A stretch of DNA of 63,994 nt, the filler included, from Streblomastix strix (lineage: Eukaryota): the NCBI GenBank assembly GCA_008636045.1. It is 3 parts of 3 records of this genome, joined end to end, with 100 filler letters (N's around TTAATTAATTAA, not from the genome) between each part and the next. Parts side by side here need not be neighbours in the genome. Positions count along the whole stretch, not along the records: positions 1 to 21,457 come from SNRW01000371.1; positions 21,558 to 43,002 come from SNRW01000372.1; 1 more part is not named here. The stretch is one strand, 5' to 3'. The translations under genes and the position numbers were made by a program. Each line of letters opens with the position of its first letter. Position 1 is the stretch's first letter. Shown here one piece after another: positions 13,162-23,954 of the stretch. Below the pieces are notes generated by a model, which searched no databases, had not been told where the DNA came from, and saw only the letters and a list, made by a program, of their open reading frames with translations.

Positions 13162-15733
13162 TATCCTATTTTTCTATTTTCATTTATAATAATTGTTTTT
13201 CATTCATTTTTAATAAATAAATTACTTTTCAGTTTTCCAAATTTTCGAATCAAATTACTAAAAAATAATTTTATCATGAATAACATCATTTCTCCCTTCT
13301 TCCACACCATAATATGAGAAGTATAAAACGAATTTATTGAATATTTGCTAGTATGATACTATAAATTTGCTTTACAGAGTTGCTTACTCGAACTAACTGC
13401 GCCAAAAATATAAAGATTTCTGTCGAATTAGAATAAAGAATTTCTTATTATTAATTTTATTTTATTTTCAATTATCATAAAATTATCGGAAAATGTAACT
13501 TACTATCTCAGATAATGTCATTTTTCAAATAAGTAAATGAATAAACTTAGTTGCTAAATACGCGCTTTCCCATTTGGCAAATTTCAAAAAAATTATAATA
13601 AGTTTTTATTTTGTAACATAAACATCATCGTATCAGTAATAATATTATCAATTCCTAAATAATTAATTTACATCGTTGCATCGATAAAGTAACTATAGAA
13701 TTATTTTAATGCGAATTTACTTCTTATTACAGGTTGATGAAAAAATGCATAAATTGACATATTATAAAAGGAGACATATATTTGTATGAAATAATACATA
13801 TATGAAATATACATTTTGTGGTCTATATTTTAAATATAGTTCATTATTCCCATGTTTATTCTGGTGAAGTGCGCTATAACGATTTTATAATTTTTATATA
13901 TATAATTCTTAATAAATATTTATTAACTTTCTAATTATAAATATTTGTGATATTTTAATTAGATTTCTATACATTACATGCATATATGATATAATATATA
14001 ATATATATAATTAAATTGCATACATTTCAAAAAAAACTTAAAATAGAGATTTTTTCCCATAAATTTTTAAATCAAGTATCAATGAAATAAAACACATTAA
14101 TTTTTACTTGATTTCCTGTTGAATATGTATAAACTTGATTATTCTAAACTTTCTAATAATATATATATCAGATTGATAGTAAATTCTTAAATAAACATTG
14201 GATTAAAGTGAAAGACTAGTATTTAATAAAATTACTAAAATATGAATACAATATTTTTTTATCGTAGGTTTAATTTCAACGGATAAACCGTAAATGAATA
14301 TTTTTTTACATTGATGATGTTTCAGAAATTATAAATGCAAAATTTAAATAAACTATATTTTTATTCTTAATTATGAATTAGTTTGCAGCTTATGTTGGAA
14401 CAGAAATATTTATTTTAAAAATTTCTTAACTAAGGTAATTATACATTTAAAATGTTGGTTGAAGATATTTAACTGGACCATTAAACAATCTATCACTCAT
14501 CATTATTAATCCATGTAAAGTATCATTATTTGGACGAATTAATAAATAATTAGGTTTACTTGCTCTTAATGATAATTAACTGTTTACTGCACCACTATCA
14601 GCAGTTTTGTATCAGCTGAGAAATAAGCAAGAATTGTAGTTTGAAGATAATTTTGCCAAGTTTCTTGCAATTCTTATTCGATCAACGCAATCAGCATTGA
14701 AGTAAGAACGAAAACAGAAATAATTCATATTTGTACCTCATGTATGTAATATTTATTGATTGGTTTTATCAGAGATTTAAAAGATTTTGAAGCAACTTAC
14801 TTTACAATTGATTGTAAACAAATAAATATTTAATTTATGTCTAATATTAATAAATCTGATAATTGAACTACCTTCATATATGGTTTCTAAATGAATTAAC
14901 CAAAATAAATAAAGTATTTCTTTATTTCAGTATAAATTTATTAAATTTAAAATTTTTGTAACTTCTATAATAATTTTATTTGCTACTGAAATTTCTATAT
15001 ATTATCATATTTAGTTACGTTTCTTTAAGCTATTCTTCTAATGATGGGATAAGATCATTTATTTGTTATTCTTTCGTATGTTATTTCGTCAAAAATTAAT
15101 AAATTCATTTTGTTATAATGATCATAAATATAAAATGATTCTAGGCAGTAATGCACCTGAATACTATTAGAGCCATATTACACCATATTCTCAAAAAAAT
15201 TTGTTTTATAGTATAATAGCCAATTGAACTGGGTTCATGTTATAAATCGACATCTAAAAGATTACAGAATTCGACAATATGAGCTATATTTTATTAATAG
15301 GTCATTAAAAAATCGTTTTATGGTTATTAAAATTAATTCTATTTAAAATTAAAAAAATTGTTTTATTAAATTAGTTTTAATCTAATTATAATAATTTCTA
15401 AAATATTTAATTATTTGAATAGGTATGTTGAAATTTAACAATTTAATATTTTAAATTAGACAAAATGAAAAAAGCAGATATTAGAATTAGACAAAGAAAA
15501 TTTAATTATATTAAAAAAATAAAATTAAATAAAATAATCGATGAATTGTTTTTTGATTGTTAAAACAGTGAGTAAATTTAAGGCAATGATGAAAAAAAAC
15601 AAGTTTGAGCAATAAATACATACCATCAGAAGGTGAATATTCAAATTTTTAGTCAGATTCTGAATCAAATATCAAAAATGAGTTGATGAATCCTGAATAA
15701 CTCTTAATTGAAAAATGTATTAAAATAATTCTA

Positions 15734-16173
15734 CAGTATAATCCGGTTAATTCGCACAGCGGTTAATTCGCACCATATGTATAATTCGCACTATTATATT
15801 ATTTGAGGAAATGTCACTGTTTTTCTATTAATTTCTTATAGATAATTCGCACAAAAATTTTATAATTCGCATTTAAAACCTAACAAATTTAGAAAAATAA
15901 TTTTTGTTTCTTAAATTAATTATGAAAAATTTTAATATTTAATGTAAATATTTAAAGTTTGTTATTATAAATTACTGTTTATACAATATCATGCATAAAA
16001 TTTTCAAAAATACAAAGATTTTTTTTTAGTTTTAAAAAAAATCGAAAAAATAATTATTTTTTTGAAATTTAAAAAAAATTCTTTGATATTTTTACTTATA
16101 AAAGTGCGAATTAACTTAATTCGCACTCGCATTTTTTTCGCCGATTGTAGTGCGAATTAGCCGGATTTTACTG
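15734..16173. mobile_element. MITE, Tc1/mariner/pogo superfamily type (440 bp, non-autonomous)
   Basis: 24-bp TIRs CAGTATAATCCGGTTAATTCGCAC and GTGCGAATTAGCCGGATTTTACTG (2 mismatches), flanked by TA at 15732-33 and 16174-75. TAATTCGCA(C) is repeated subterminally; no coding capacity. Confidence 0.9.
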
Positions 16174-17994
16174 TATATTTATTAAAATAAATTAGTTTTA
16201 TAATTAATAAAATTCATTTATAGTAATTGAAACATTAATTGAAGATATTTTAGATGAGAAACAATAAGAATAATATTCATATATGATAAATTAAGTAATT
16301 AACTAATTTAATTGAAAATTAATTTCAATAAATTTCAATCAAAGTTCTTCTCCAATGAGCATAATTAAAATTAATTCATATGAATAATAAAAATAATATT
16401 AATTCCTCAGTAAATCAAGCACAAATTTTTGTACATTTTTTATTAGGTCAAGTAGTATGAATTCAAATCAACAATTTCAATAAAACTAACACATTATCTT
16501 ATTACTGATATTAATTCGAAGTTTTTTTATTTCTAAAATTTCTAGATCTCAATATCCTAATTTTTCAATTTAAATAAATATATAAGAAATTGTATAAACA
16601 TAATAAACAATTTGTACTTTTATAACAGAAAATGACTTAATGCAATATTATTATTTTATATTTTTAATAATCTTGAAAAATAAACAAAATAATAATATTT
16701 TTCTGTTAATATATGTTTAAATTTTTTATTTATTTTGAATGTTTTAATAAAAAATAAAGTATATATGACTATTTCCTAAACCTGTAATAAATTAATCTTC
16801 TTTTGATGTTAAGATTAAAATCAATCAATATTTTGTTTCCCACCTCATTTGATATACCTTAAAAGAATTTATTATTGAAACATCAACCAAAATGTGACTT
16901 CTTTTGCTGCAACAGAAATTATTTGCCAAGTTTCGGTATGATCATTAGATTATAAGTCTTTTCAAATATATCTAATTAATAGTGAATTTCTTAAGAAATC
17001 TCTTTAAATTTCTTCTAAATTCTCACAAGAATTTACTAAAATGTAAAATAATTAATATTTTAAAATTAAATTTAAAATATATTAATTAAAATTTATTAAA
17101 AATCATCGATTTATGTTGAAAAATAAAATTTATAATTCCAATCTTGTTGCATATTAAGTGAAAACTAAATTATAATAATATAATAAATAAATTTATGGTT
17201 TAATATTGAAGTTAAACTGATTTGAAAGGAAATAGTTTGAATTTCAATTAATATGGCTTAGATTTAAACATTGATATAGTTTACAATTAAAATTAATGCC
17301 TAACAAAGTATTTTTTTTGATATTTTTCTTATGAAAATATAAAAATAGAGTATTAATATTATGATAACGATTTGAGTACGAGTCCAAACTCAATATTTAC
17401 TTTCAAATAGAAAGAAATAATTATTAGAAAATATACTTAATTTTAAGGAAATAGAGGAAATTTTAGTTATGTAATTAGACTATTCGATAGAAATTAAGAA
17501 TTTTAATATAAATAAAATAAAATTTCGAAATTAAAATCTATGTATTGAAAAATGGTAAATCATTGGAAAATTAAAAAACTTTTACTTTAACGCAAGGTTG
17601 AAAAATTATCATGAATTTTTAAATTAAAGTACGTTAAAGTTTTAATTCACAAGTTTTTTAACTCAGTGTGCAGGGTAATGTATGGAGCAGGTAAATTCTC
17701 ATTATATAAATAGGTTGTTTTCAAATATTTTAGTATGTTGTCAATTTTTTTTGTTTAAATTAATTTAATTATATAAATTCATACAATTCAAAAAAAATTT
17801 TCAAATTAACGTCAAGAAAAAATTGATCCTGTTCAAAATTTTGCTATTTTAATAATTTTTTTAGAAAGCAAAAATCAAATAAAAATCAAATTCAATTTAA
17901 ATATATACCATATATTTGAAATAATAAAAAATTATAGCAAATTCAACTAATTTCAAAAATGAGCAGAAAATGAAAAAATCCCATTAAAACTGAA

Positions 17995-18722
17995 ATGCCA
18001 AATCCTACAGAAGAAAGAAAAGAACAAGAAATTGAACAAGATCCATAATTTCATAAAGACTATAAGCCATTAAGAGCATAAATTGATGGAAGAATTGCTC
18101 CCGATACTCTGATTTAGCAAGTAACGAATGACTTAACAATCGGGCTGAAAACGAAGAATTCGTAGTACAATTTGATTGGTTTGTATTGAATTTATAAATA
18201 TATATTTGCTTTAATTTTATTTCAATTAAATTAATTAAATATTTTAATTCTTATGAAACGTTTGATTGATTTTTTCCCTATTTTGCTTTTCGATTGATGA
18301 CTTACTTTCGTTCTTTATTTTTATCTTAAGACAATCAAATGAGTCAGTTGAACAATATTTTACTGTTTCTGAGAAACATTTTTGAGCTTCGATGTGTAGA
18401 AGTCATCTATGGTGGAATTTTAATGAATAAGATTTGGAATAAGAATAAGAATTTAATAACAATGTAAAATGTACCACAGCTTGTTGTTGGGTCATTGTTA
18501 ATTGCACATAAATACACAGGTGATTATACTTATAAGAATAAAACATGGGCGCAAGCACTAAGAATTGACATTAAAACTTTAAATTAATGGGAAATTGATG
18601 TTCTCGAAGCTGTGAACTACTAAATATTTGTTGAAGGTGAATAATATGATTAGATTGAAAATATATTTCGTGACAGATGTGATTAATAAGTGGCGATGGA
18701 GTCAGGATGCGTCACAAACTGA
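17995..18722 (+). CDS. PHO80/P-U type cyclin (one intron, 18179-18330)
   Basis: Cyclin box VEVIYGGILMNKI...TMQNVPQLVVGSLLIAHKYTGDYTYKNKTWAQALRIDIKTLNQWEIDVLEAVNYQIFV; the GT-AG intron restores the frame. Confidence 0.85.
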
Positions 18723-19312
18723 ATTCACTTCACAAAATTTAATTCATTTACATGTTTTAAGTTTTTTCAAAGTTACATTTGACTTTAAATTTGAATGGAA
18801 AATTAATAAATAATTATAAATATACAAAAGATTAAATATATTCTCTTTAGAAGTAAAATTAGTTCAAATCATTGTTTATATTCTTCATTTAATTAAAATA
18901 AACAGCAAAAAAAGAAATGTTTTATTAATATTGATTGTGAGAGAAAATTATTTTGTATTGAATCTAAATATTACCACTTAGAACATTATGAAAGCCAATT
19001 GTGAAAAACAAAGATTTCAACATAAATAAGACAATTTGAAATAATACTCATTTTGAACAAATTAAAGAGTAAAAATTCTAACATGAAAAATTATAGAAAT
19101 AGAAAAAAAACTTAAAAATTTCGTTAAAATAATAATAATAAATTATTAAAATTGTGACAAAGGTTTAATATATAAATGAAGTAGTTATGACAGAACAAAT
19201 TGATTTTAATAACAAAATTAAAAGTATAAATAACAAGAAATGGAGAAAATGATGAGTTTAATTTACATAAATATCAACAAAATCCCCATTAAAGCGTAAT
19301 TAATACTTTTTA

Positions 19313-21457
19313 TCAGTCTCCTTTCTTATCATACATTATAACATATCCACCTTTCTCAATCTCATTGCGATTTCCTAAATAAATAAAATTAATGTGTAAG
19401 AAAGAAAAAGAATGAATATATGTGTAATGCAATGTTATTATATTATATTATATTATATTGATTGTTATATAATTATAATATTAAACCTGAACATTGTGCA
19501 AGACGTTTTAATGCCCATTCTGCGTTGTTTCGAATCTTTTCATCGGCATCTTTTGTTAATATTTTCAGATATCCAATAATATCAATCCTCATTTTCTGAT
19601 CATTCATCTCTCGTGCTCTAAAAAGCTGCCCAATGCACACAACTGCTCGATCCTTAATGCGCTTATTCAGATTGCGTGCGAACAGCGTATATATCTTTTC
19701 TATTATATTGTTTTGAGAGAAAATGTCGAAATGGGGATGTGGTTAGTCATCTGGGGATGCGTCTGTTCCTGCAGCAACAATGTTATGAATCGAAGTGATA
19801 GCATCGTCAATGACATCAAATTCCCTGTGGTCAAATAAGCGGGCAAGTGACATGAATGTGTGTCCTGAACACAGAAGAAGACGTTATCTGTCACTGCAAG
19901 GGTGAGTGAGTACAAAAAATGCTTTTGAGTTGCATCGCTTGATGGATTCTAGAGGCTGCTTAACGAATAATTGCAGAAGGGCCTCGCCAATTCCTGATTC
20001 AATTGCGTACTTCCGCATCTAATCGTTCTCTTTCCTGTCAAAGTGTTCCACAATAATTTAACATATTTCATCTTTTCTTTACAAAGTCTCAGCATTGTTA
20101 TCCTCTTTCAGTAGTTCAGCCTTCCATTCATTCCAAATCAGTTAATCTATTTACTTTTTTTCCGTTTCATTAAGATTGAGGATGTTCATCATCATTTCAT
20201 CTCTGCTCTTCTGAATAGTCCTCGACTTCTTCAAGTAATTCTTGATCTGCGATTCCTAAGCTCTCGATTTAGCCCCATCCTGTGACCTCTATCTTTCCAG
20301 AGCTTTGATCCTCTGCGCCAAAGTTCTATTCTCCTCCGAATGCTGCATAACCCTCTCCTCAGCCATCAGCATCCTGTACTCGGCGTTTCTGAGGTCGTCC
20401 AGGATCTCGCCTTTGGTCTTGAGCTTCTTCTGCTCAATTATGGACTGCGCTTTCATGAAGGTGGTTTTGAGCAGGTCTGAGGCTGATGGACGTTTGTTTG
20501 GCTCCTGGGATTTGGATGTATGAATAATGATATTAGAATAAAATAGATATAATTATTATTAATATACGCATATTCACACATCAATACAATATTAATATTA
20601 TTTAAGTATATATATTCATTGCATACCACCTATATCATCTTCATTATCAATTCCCCTACATCCTGCGGTATAGGCATAATTGCATTGAAACGACCCATTT
20701 TCATGTTCATCAGTGTCTCTTCTCGTGTTGATCCTTTGAACGGATGATGATTTGACATCCCTTCAAGAATGATAACTCCCAAGGACCAAATATCACTTCG
20801 CATCGTTGGTCTGATTAATATATTCATATTAAATAAAAGCAAAATAACAAATAAAAAAAAGATATTACAAGGAATAATAATATTTATACTTCTCACCAAG
20901 TTGAACTTCAGGTGCGCAATAAAGCATTCTGAGATTATATATTATAATATAATAATGAATAATTAAACAAATTTATAACATAATGAATAAATATTTAATA
21001 AATATATTATTTTGATTAATAAATATGAATAAATAAACAAACATTGAATCTGTTGTTGCATGAGTTGATTTTTCATTCCCTCTAATTTGAGGAAGACATA
21101 AAGTGTCTGAAATTAAAGTGTATTAATATATATTGTTATTATTAAAATAATGAATAATTATAATAAAATAATTAAACCAATTTTAATTGTTCCATCTTCT
21201 GAAATAAAAAAGACTTCAGGACAAAGTTCTCCAACTACAAGTCCTTGAGAGTGAATAAATGATATTCCTGATAATGCACAGAACATAACTCGTTACATTC
21301 GCTGTATTAGTTATATAATTAATTAATTAATAATAAAATAAAATAAAGATCTGAATTAAGATTTTCATACTTTCATCCATTCATCTTCATCTTATTCTTC
21401 TTTTTAACTTTTCATTTCAACAAATCGTCTTCCTCCAAAGTGTTCAAGCACAATGCA
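19313..21457 (-). CDS. Protein-kinase-like (pseudokinase) + coiled coil + ARM-like C-terminal domain; 5' end in gap
   Basis: Spliced translation IVLEHFGG...SGISFIHSQGLVVGELCPEVFFISEDGTIKIDTL...YCAPEV...SDIWSLGVIILE...HPF...EPNKRPSASDLL, then coiled coil and a helical domain (QPHPHFDIF...DRAVVCIGQLFRARE); about 6 introns. Confidence 0.85.
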
Positions 21458-21557
21458 NNNNNNNNNNNNNNNNNNNNNNNNNNNNNNNNNNNNNNNNNNN
21501 NTTAATTAATTAANNNNNNNNNNNNNNNNNNNNNNNNNNNNNNNNNNNNNNNNNNNN
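21458..21557. other. Assembly spacer (44N + TTAATTAATTAA + 44N)
   Basis: Symmetric N runs around a 12-mer that gives TAA in all six frames; identical structure at 43003-43102. Confidence 0.95.
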
Positions 21558-21772
21558 AACCTTGAACACTCTGCAAAAAACTAAAAACTAAGAATCAAAT
21601 TTATTCAAACCTTGAATTCTGCCCCAATCTTTAAATAGCCTAAATAAAAATAATAAAATAAAGGAGAATAAAAATCAAAATTTAGTAAAATCTAAAGAAC
21701 TTTACCTATAATCCGAGCGATTAGAGCTCTTAAACTTCATCTGTCTGAGCAAATGCGTTTGGAAAGGCCATG
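21558..21772 (-). CDS. 5' exons of a kinase-like gene (possibly the N-terminus of the pseudokinase)
   Basis: MAFPNAFAQTDEVQELQSLGLQ|AIQRLGQNSR|VFKV with two GT-AG introns; resembles a degenerate kinase subdomain I running into the gap. Confidence 0.55.
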
Positions 21773-21929
21773 TTCTTTGTCAATAAATAAAAAATATATA
21801 AATAATTTGTTATCTTATTAATTAATTATCGAATCTTACTTAGGAAAGTTTGAGCTGTATTTGCTTAAATTTGTTTTTGTTTTAAATTGGTGGTTATAAG
21901 CTAATAATGCTTTATATTTATTTATTAAG

Positions 21930-22910
21930 GTGTTAAGGACAAATTATATTAATAAAGTCTTGGTTTGAGGATGATTGTAAAGGTTAATCTAAGCAATAAC
22001 TGAAAAATTCTAATTTTTGCTCTTAAAAAAAATTTCTGGTCCATGAAAAAGGATTTAAAAACAATTTCTGTCAAATTTATAAAATATATAATTATTACAT
22101 AATATATTTAAATCATTTATAATCAAATTCAGATCCTATAATTGCCAAATTGTAGATTTTCTTAATTTAACTTTTCCTGCTCAGTCACCAATAAATATCA
22201 TATTTTATTTAACTTTTTTCATTTTAAATAGCTATATGATCAATATAACATTATTTTAATTGAATGTAATAGTGAAATAGATAATAATGCTGATGAACAA
22301 AACAATTTTATTACATATATATTTTCTCAAAAGACACTAATGATAATTACTTAAAATTTTGAAAAATATTATTCATTATTCATTATTATTTATATTAAAC
22401 CAGAGTAAAATAGTAATGGGATTTTCTAAAAAGAGAGCATTCTTCTTTACTTCATTCATGATTTTTGTGAGTATATATAAAGTTCTTTTTCTTTGTTTTA
22501 ATATTCTATTTTCATTTTTGATTATAATAATATTTATTTATTGAGTCATTCTTGCACATAGATATCTAACAAAAAGAAAAGAACATCCAAGCAGGGTCTC
22601 ATTTATAGGTGAATTAAGGTCAAGAAAACATTTTTATTGTTTTCATATGAAACTTATATTTTTTTTTCTACAGTTAACTTATTATTGAATTAATATCGGT
22701 ATTTATAGTTGCGGTAATTGTTGTCTACGTAACATTCATTTCAATTAACAAGATCATGACACCATGGACAGATCGATATGACATTGTGGACGAAACTAGT
22801 GTTCCCCAGCCAAACATACAAAATAGCAACAATAGCAGCGAACCATTAGAGGGATTTGTATATCCAATTGCTTAAGTAAATCAAATATTGTATGGTACCT
22901 ACAGCTGAAC
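21930..22910 (+). pseudogene. Possible decayed membrane-protein gene
   Basis: Last exon-like segment ISVFIVAVIVVYVTFISINKIMTPWTDRYDIVDE... has a TM helix; upstream exon-like blocks lack clean GT donors. Confidence 0.25.
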
Positions 22911-23303
22911 AAGAAAAGCTGTTGTGCAGAAGAATTGGGAAGTAATTAAACTGCATCTTTCTTGTTTAATCAATTTTACATATTAAGATATTATATTATA
23001 TATTATTTTGATAATTTAAAATAAAATAAAATGATATTAAGAAAAAAAACCAAAATACATTTATTATCATTTTTTTCTGTTTTATTCCACCAATACAAAT
23101 CCAATATTTTTTACTATAACAAAATTATAAAATTTACAAGTTTATATTGCTATTATTGTTCTTTTAAAATAGTGAATATTAAACTTTATCTTATGTGAAG
23201 CAATTTAATTTTTGATTAAGTAAATTACTAGCAGCACAAAGAATAAACACAAATTAGTATTAAAAATATTTTTAATGTGTTATTATCTAGTACATTAACA
23301 TTA

Positions 23304-23858
23304 ATGTTTCAAGTTTGGCGTTAGAGCACACTAGGTTAATGTTTAGGCGAAGCACTAGATGAAATAGCTAGTGCGGGCTTGTTCAGCAGAGATCGTACAG
23401 AATATTTAGATGAGTAAGATCACGCCTTGAGTATTGCAACTGCAAAAGAGGAAATAATGCTTGAGTTTGATAAGGTATTTTAATATTTCATATATTTTTT
23501 TTTATATTTTTTTTTAAACAATTTTTCTTAGTCAATTGAAGAGAGATTAAGCTCCAGAAAAGATCCAATATGCTAAGCGAAAGTGTGATTATTTTCCATT
23601 ATAAAAAATAAGTAATCTTATTTATATTTATAGGGTATACTTACAAATCATCGCGGTTATAACAATCTATGGAATTTGAGAGTTGAGGGTAATGTAGATT
23701 TTATTTGCAAATTGGAAAGAGTTTAGGCAAATACTGTGGATTTTTTATGTTGTAATGCAGCCTTGGGCAGACCAGATAATTAATAATCTAAAAATGATGA
23801 TGAAACTAGTGGATCTTCTGGTAAAGCAAAGTAAAATACTAAGAAAAGACCTAAATGA
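23304..23858 (+). CDS. TOA2: Transcription initiation factor IIA gamma (small) subunit; introns 23475-23531 and 23583-23633
   Basis: MFQVWRQSTLGQCLGEALDEI...IMLEFDK|SIEERLS...AK|GILTNHRGYNNLWNLRVEG...VDFLCCNA matches the TFIIA-gamma pattern YR.TTLG..L...LDE..LQFDK..G.L.TYRFCDNVWTF..KIVACD. Confidence 0.8.
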
Positions 23859-23954
23859 ATATAATTTTTTAATTTATTAAACAATTCATATAAATAAATC
23901 ATTTTCGCAACTATCATTTATATAATAACATTAATGTTGTATGCATTATATTGT

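Larger units (their letters stand above)
1..13200. mobile_element. Decayed Polinton/Maverick-like endogenous virus (left end beyond the window; right boundary approximate)
   Basis: Compact intron-free cluster of family-B DNA polymerase, rve integrase, A32-like ATPase, fibre-like protein and primase-SF3 helicase, all with frameshifts or in-frame TGA. No TIR or capsid gene was identified in the window. Confidence 0.85.

Noticed and set aside
12850..13450. Terminal inverted repeat / right end of the Polinton-like element
   Set aside because: No AG-rich terminal motif is evident and the partner end lies outside the window, so a TIR cannot be demonstrated.
13277..15330. Coding-like patches (e.g. 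PCKVSLFGRINKQLGLLALNDNQLFTAPLSAVLYQLR, ~14510-14740)
   Set aside because: Interrupted by TGA and frameshifts with no recognisable family; cannot tell element remnant from host pseudogene.
16740..17720. Short coding-like or GC-richer islands upstream of the cyclin
   Set aside because: No sustained frame, motif or repeat partner that I could support.
21502..21513. TTAATTAATTAA as a biological palindrome or piggyBac TTAA site
   Set aside because: It is centred in symmetric N runs and repeated identically at 43047-43058, so it is an assembly linker.
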